Sequence record: NC_048668.1
Strand: one strand, 5' to 3'
Length of the DNA stretch: 64,000 bases
A program made the position numbers and the translations under genes. This document shows positions 59,809 to 64,000 of this stretch, one piece after another. Within the stretch, counting starts at the first letter, position 1, and every line of letters begins with the position of its first letter. The notes under the pieces are model-generated. The model was not told where the DNA came from. It saw only the letters and a list, made by a program, of their open reading frames with translations, and ran no database searches.

Positions 59809-61134
59809 ATGAGCGCAGAGAACAAAAAGAAACTGACTACGATCTATAAAGAGATCATGATCGCATTAGGTTTCGAAGTTGATTCCAAGATGCACGTACT
59901 GCTGAACGAGGCCGGGGTGAAAACCCCGTTCACGATCAAAGGTAAGCAACTGATCATCCCGACCGATGAGTGGTTGAAGAATCCGGACTACGATAACCAG
60001 ATCCCGTTCCATCCTCTGTCTGAGAACGTACGTCGTAAGAAATCGGAAGTCCAGGAACGTCTGGCGCTGGCGGTTTCTAATCGGGTATATCGCGTAACCT
60101 GCACTCTGCTGAACTTCATCTTCACGCTGGCGCTGGATACCGACAAACACCCGCAGTTGACTCCGGAACAACGTGAGTATCTGCGCGACGTGCCGGACGT
60201 GACCAAGAAGACGCTGACTGCGGTGCAGAAACTGATCCAGGAGAAAGTAGACTTCAAAGGTCAGTATGCCCTGGTCAACATGTTCGTGAAACGTAGCGGC
60301 CTGTGGAAGGGTGAGGAATATCCTCGTGTCTGTACGACCACCTTCCCGATCATGGACGAAGAGCATTCTCCGGAAAAGAAAATCTTCGACGTACCGTTCC
60401 TGGTTCGCGATCGCAGTACCTTCTTCAAAGTGATGCGTCGGATCTTCCCGAACATCGATACTTCCATGGACGACTATTCTTACGGTAGCCGTTCTCAGGT
60501 AGCGCCAAACTTCCACAGTCTGATGATGGCGTTCTCTCTGCTGGCCAATGACCTGAACAAGGTCACCAAAGTATTCTGCGAAGACTTCGCGGAGCTGGAA
60601 GGTTGCATCATCCAGACTAACTGGGTGAAAAACATGGCCGACCTGAACGACTACAAAAACGATATCCCGCCACTGGACGGTAATATCGGTGAAGCGAATG
60701 AAGATGAACTCGCTGAGATGAAGTCTCGTCAGGAAGAGAAAGTGAAACGTGAAGAGCGTCGTACTCTGCGTCGTGAAGTGTCTGCAGGTCGCCAGAGCAT
60801 CCTGCGTCCTCGCGACGAAGGTAACCGCTTCGTGCGTCAGGAAGAAAGTCGTGAAGATGAAAGAACTGTTAGCTGGCGTGGTCGCGCTGGTCGGGACGAC
60901 GATCGCGGATATGGTCGTGAAGATCGTTATCGCAGCCGTCGTGATGATCGCTACGACGATCGTGATCGTGGCCGGGATAGCCGTTATCGTGATGAACGTG
61001 ATGACCGCGGATTCGGTCGTCGAGACGACCGGTATAGCCGTGAAGACCGGTTCAGTCGCGATGATCGCCGAGATACTCGCGGCGGTAATGACGATTCCTG
61101 GTTCGACAACGTAAGTACTCGTCGCCGTTGGTAA
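59809..61134 (+). CDS. phiKZ gp70-like core protein with an Arg/Asp-rich disordered tail
   Basis: FHPLSEN motif; C-terminal about 100 aa of RD/RE repeats. Confidence 0.7.
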   Translation: MSAENKKKLTTIYKEIMIALGFEVDSKMHVLLNEAGVKTPFTIKGKQLIIPTDEWLKNPDYDNQIPFHPLSENVRRKKSEVQERLALAVSNRVYRVTCTLLNFIFTLALDTDKHPQLTPEQREYLRDVPDVTKKTLTAVQKLIQEKVDFKGQYALVNMFVKRSGLWKGEEYPRVCTTTFPIMDEEHSPEKKIFDVPFLVRDRSTFFKVMRRIFPNIDTSMDDYSYGSRSQVAPNFHSLMMAFSLLANDLNKVTKVFCEDFAELEGCIIQTNWVKNMADLNDYKNDIPPLDGNIGEANEDELAEMKSRQEEKVKREERRTLRREVSAGRQSILRPRDEGNRFVRQEESREDERTVSWRGRAGRDDDRGYGREDRYRSRRDDRYDDRDRGRDSRYRDERDDRGFGRRDDRYSREDRFSRDDRRDTRGGNDDSWFDNVSTRRRW

Positions 61135-61187
61135 GTTAAGCATAGAGGAGGGGTAAAACCCTCCTCCCTATTTTGTTCGAGGAAACT

Positions 61188-61397
61188 ATGTCTGGATGTA
61201 AAGAAGTTAGCGGTATTGTGAAAGAAGCTGTTCTGTTATACGGGGAAGTTCTTGAGCTATCTCTGTGGCGCCAGGTTCAGGTTGCAAAAGAGAAATCGAT
61301 TGACGATGAAACTATCGCAGCCGTATTGGATATCTCGGTTGAAGAAGTCCAACAGTATTCCAACTCCACCGAAGCAGAAGTCGTTCGTTGGTTCTGA
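61188..61397 (+). CDS. small HTH-like protein
   Basis: RBS GAGGA; TIAAVLDISVEEV. Confidence 0.6.
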   Translation: MSGCKEVSGIVKEAVLLYGEVLELSLWRQVQVAKEKSIDDETIAAVLDISVEEVQQYSNSTEAEVVRWF

Positions 61398-61498
61398 CAT
61401 AACCCTCTCTACCTATTAAGGTAGAGAGGGGATCTATGTTTAGTCGATTTATTTTTTACGTAAATAGGTCGCAATTTACGCCGGCTACACTTGATTTG

Positions 61499-61846
61499 TT
61501 AACTGGCTTTAAAGGCCAAATACTTTTCCATCAGGGTTTCAATCTTACCATCTTTAGGGATGAGTATCTCATGCCAATTCTCATCGAACTGAATCGGTGA
61601 GGTCATGTTATTAACTCTGAGGATCGTGTAGTAGTACTCCGGTTTATTGGCGTTCACTACATCGCGAAGGAATGCATAAAAGCGGCCGTAATAGCGGTGA
61701 GCTTCCATCCCGCTGACTTTGTGAAGATTAGAGTTTGCCGGATCTTGGAGCCACTGCAGATGATCTTCTACGATATTGTAGAACCCGCGTTCGTAGTAGA
61801 TAGCTGGCCCAGGATTATTCATTGCGTCGATTAAGTTAGTCGCCAT
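61499..61846 (-). CDS. conserved hypothetical protein
   Basis: 115 aa; YYTILRVNNMTSP motif; divergent from the nvRNAP beta gene. Confidence 0.7.
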   Translation of the reverse strand: MATNLIDAMNNPGPAIYYERGFYNIVEDHLQWLQDPANSNLHKVSGMEAHRYYGRFYAFLRDVVNANKPEYYYTILRVNNMTSPIQFDENWHEILIPKDGKIETLMEKYLAFKAS

Positions 61847-61873
61847 GATGATTTCCTAAAATGATTTCATGTA

Positions 61874-61891
61874 TATATTACCTAAATGATA
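61874..61891 (+). promoter_or_regulatory. early promoter TATATTAC-N5-TGATA
   Basis: tatattacctaaatgata. Confidence 0.8.
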
Positions 61892-61966
61892 GGTAAATCA
61901 AAACAAAAGAAAGGTGTTGGTTTAAAAGCCAACACCAGTATTATTCACTATTCCATCGAGGAGCGT

Positions 61967-64000
61967 ATGACTGAATATCAGATGTCGGAACTAGAGCAAG
62001 GACAAGTGGACGTAAGGGTAGCAGGAACAGCGACCAACTTGGCACCGTATGCTCCGTGTACATCTCCAAGTCGTCTGGTGATGTTAGGTTCTCAGATTCA
62101 GCAGAAGCTGTTGACCAAAGGACTGAAGCGTCAACGATTCTTCACCGGTGTTGAACACGAATATGCCAAGTATACTTTTGGCGTTAAAGTGGACGAGCCG
62201 GTAGAGATCATCGCAGCAATCGATAAATATAACGTCGGGTTCGGTGAGCGTAGTTTCAAATATAACCCAACTCGGTATCTGTTCGTCTTCAACGTGAAGA
62301 AGCAAGAATATGACTTGATGGAAGTCACTAAGTATTGCTCTCATCACAATAACTTTGGTTTTGAGTTCGACATCAATGAAGAAGCGATGTTCCGTACTCA
62401 AGCGGGTAACGTACTTCAAGCAAATACCTGGTTGACAAAAAGTCCTGGTGTTATGCCTGAGGGTGATTATATCTTCGGTACCCCAACCAAAACGGCGTTC
62501 ATGTCGTCGCACTATGTTACCGAGGATGGTTTCATGGTGTCTCAGGAGTGGTGTGAGGAAAACACTACAACTGGCTATGGCGAGATTGTCATCAACGTAC
62601 CTAAGGGTAAGTATCTGACTAACAGCTATGGGTCGAAAGGGTCGTATATTCCGTTCCCAGGTCCGGGTGATAAAATCCGTCCAGATGGACTGATTGCATC
62701 TCTTCGGGATTATGATGATATCCTGGGTGCGGTAGAGATGACCGAAGACGCCATGGGTACAGTGGATCACTTCTTCGATGAGCGTTATTACATCGAGGCG
62801 GGTTCTCTGAATGCCCGTGTACTGGATGTCGATATCTGGTGTACTGACGGCGACGGCGTTGATAAGATGCCGACGTTTGAAGCCACTGGTCCGAATGAGT
62901 CTGACTATATCGACAAGTTCTGGAAAGCTAAGCAGAAGTTCCACAAGCAAGTAGATGCTGCCTATACGCTGATCAAGAACCGTAGCCGTGGGAAACCTCG
63001 TCTGAGCCGTGCACTTCATCGGTTCATTACAGACTCCCGTGACTTCATGCTGACCAAACCAGGGAAGCGTCGTTATCGTTACAAGAACACTCCGATCCCA
63101 ACGGTGCGTATTGCGATTCGTTTCATGTACGATATCGTGCCGACGATCGGTTTCAAATTAACCAATATGTACGGTGGCAAGGGCGTAATCTGTCGCATTA
63201 AACCGCGTTCGGAGATGCCAACTTATCCTGATGGTACAGTTGCCGATTTCATCGGCGATGGCTTAAGTACTATCAACCGTATGAACCCGTCGGTCTTGTT
63301 CGAGCATTACATGAACTATAAGGCCGAAGAGGTTGAGAAGAAAGTCCGGGACTTCGTTGATCAGGATCGTTGGGAGGATGCCTTCGATATTCTGATGACG
63401 TATTATCGGGCAGGTGTTCCGCTGTATTACAACAAGATCGTTACTCAGAACTGGTCGGAGAAGCGTCGTCGTGAGCATGTGAAAGCTGTCTATGACGATA
63501 AGATCTTTGCGTATATGCCGCCGAATACCCCTGGGTTAGGTATTGAGCAAATTGGTCGGGTTGAAGATGCGTTACCTTCTAAGGTAGAGCATGTAACCTG
63601 GATCGGTGATTTGGGTCGTGAAGAACGTAGTGTTGATCCGGTAATGATCGGCGACATGTATATCATGGTGCTCGAGAAAACTGGTCACGACTGGTCTGCG
63701 GTCGATGTACCGAAACGTCAGGTACACGGCGTTCCAACTAAGGTGAGTGCTCGCGATAAGCACAACTTACCGTATCGTCAGTCTCCGCTCCGATTCTTCG
63801 GTGAAGCAGAGATCCGTAACTATTCAGGTATCCTGGGTGGTGACTGGGCTGCCGATATGTTGGATCGTGCAAACAACCCGAAAGCTCAAGAAGCAATCTG
63901 GAAACAGGTTATCGAGAATGAACGTCCAACCGATCTGGATATCACTATCGATCGTAATCAGATCCCAGTAGGCAACTCGTTGTCTCTGAGTTATCTGAAC
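61967..64000 (+). CDS. non-virion RNA polymerase beta C-terminal subunit (phiKZ gp71-73-like), 3-prime partial
   Basis: RBS GAGGAG, ATG 61967; TSPSRLVM, FTGVE, EDG, GFKLTNMYGGKGVI, STINRMN and RFFGEAE motifs; runs off the window so it is absent from the ORF track. Confidence 0.88.
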   Translation, partial: MTEYQMSELEQGQVDVRVAGTATNLAPYAPCTSPSRLVMLGSQIQQKLLTKGLKRQRFFTGVEHEYAKYTFGVKVDEPVEIIAAIDKYNVGFGERSFKYNPTRYLFVFNVKKQEYDLMEVTKYCSHHNNFGFEFDINEEAMFRTQAGNVLQANTWLTKSPGVMPEGDYIFGTPTKTAFMSSHYVTEDGFMVSQEWCEENTTTGYGEIVINVPKGKYLTNSYGSKGSYIPFPGPGDKIRPDGLIASLRDYDDILGAVEMTEDAMGTVDHFFDERYYIEAGSLNARVLDVDIWCTDGDGVDKMPTFEATGPNESDYIDKFWKAKQKFHKQVDAAYTLIKNRSRGKPRLSRALHRFITDSRDFMLTKPGKRRYRYKNTPIPTVRIAIRFMYDIVPTIGFKLTNMYGGKGVICRIKPRSEMPTYPDGTVADFIGDGLSTINRMNPSVLFEHYMNYKAEEVEKKVRDFVDQDRWEDAFDILMTYYRAGVPLYYNKIVTQNWSEKRRREHVKAVYDDKIFAYMPPNTPGLGIEQIGRVEDALPSKVEHVTWIGDLGREERSVDPVMIGDMYIMVLEKTGHDWSAVDVPKRQVHGVPTKVSARDKHNLPYRQSPLRFFGEAEIRNYSGILGGDWAADMLDRANNPKAQEAIWKQVIENERPTDLDITIDRNQIPVGNSLSLSYLN

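Noticed and set aside
56691-63019. Long minus-strand ORFs (56691..57776, 59866..61143, 62084..63019)
   Set aside because: Each is antisense to a motif-bearing core gene; composition is typical of shadow frames
61967-64000. Intron in the nvRNAP beta gene as in phiKZ gp71-73
   Set aside because: The frame reads through the conserved motifs without interruption within this window

Overview
64 kb of a nucleus-forming jumbo myophage genome (phiKZ-like, Chimalliviridae). About 1-14.8 kb and 25.4-37.6 kb are accessory/early regions: small membrane proteins, an Ntn-hydrolase-like pair, NAD-dependent DNA ligase, DHH and HAD phosphoesterases, a modular endolysin, a LEM-3-type GIY-YIG nuclease, a secreted lytic transglycosylase and a CYTH protein. 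About 14.8-27.8 kb is a virion module (tail tube, tail sheath, three structural genes, terminase large subunit). About 38.6-64 kb is the phage-nucleus/replication core: PhuZ tubulin, a run of 11 small coupled genes, DNA polymerase, ChmA shell, nvRNAP subunits, SbcD-like nuclease and probable ChmC, gp68-like and PicA genes. A 296-nt ORF-less group I intron splits the nvRNAP beta-prime DFDGD motif. About 13 single-base homopolymer overcalls break genes, including ligase and ChmA; these are most likely sequencing errors. The least explained elements are a hairpin-rich non-coding unit after phuZ, the probable same-fold gene array before the polymerase, a free-standing NrdA-tail-like CxxC protein, the Ntn-hydrolase pair and a long second class of promoter-like motif. 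Gene names rest on recognised motifs plus phiKZ-family synteny; no database searches were run. No tRNA or CRISPR array was seen.
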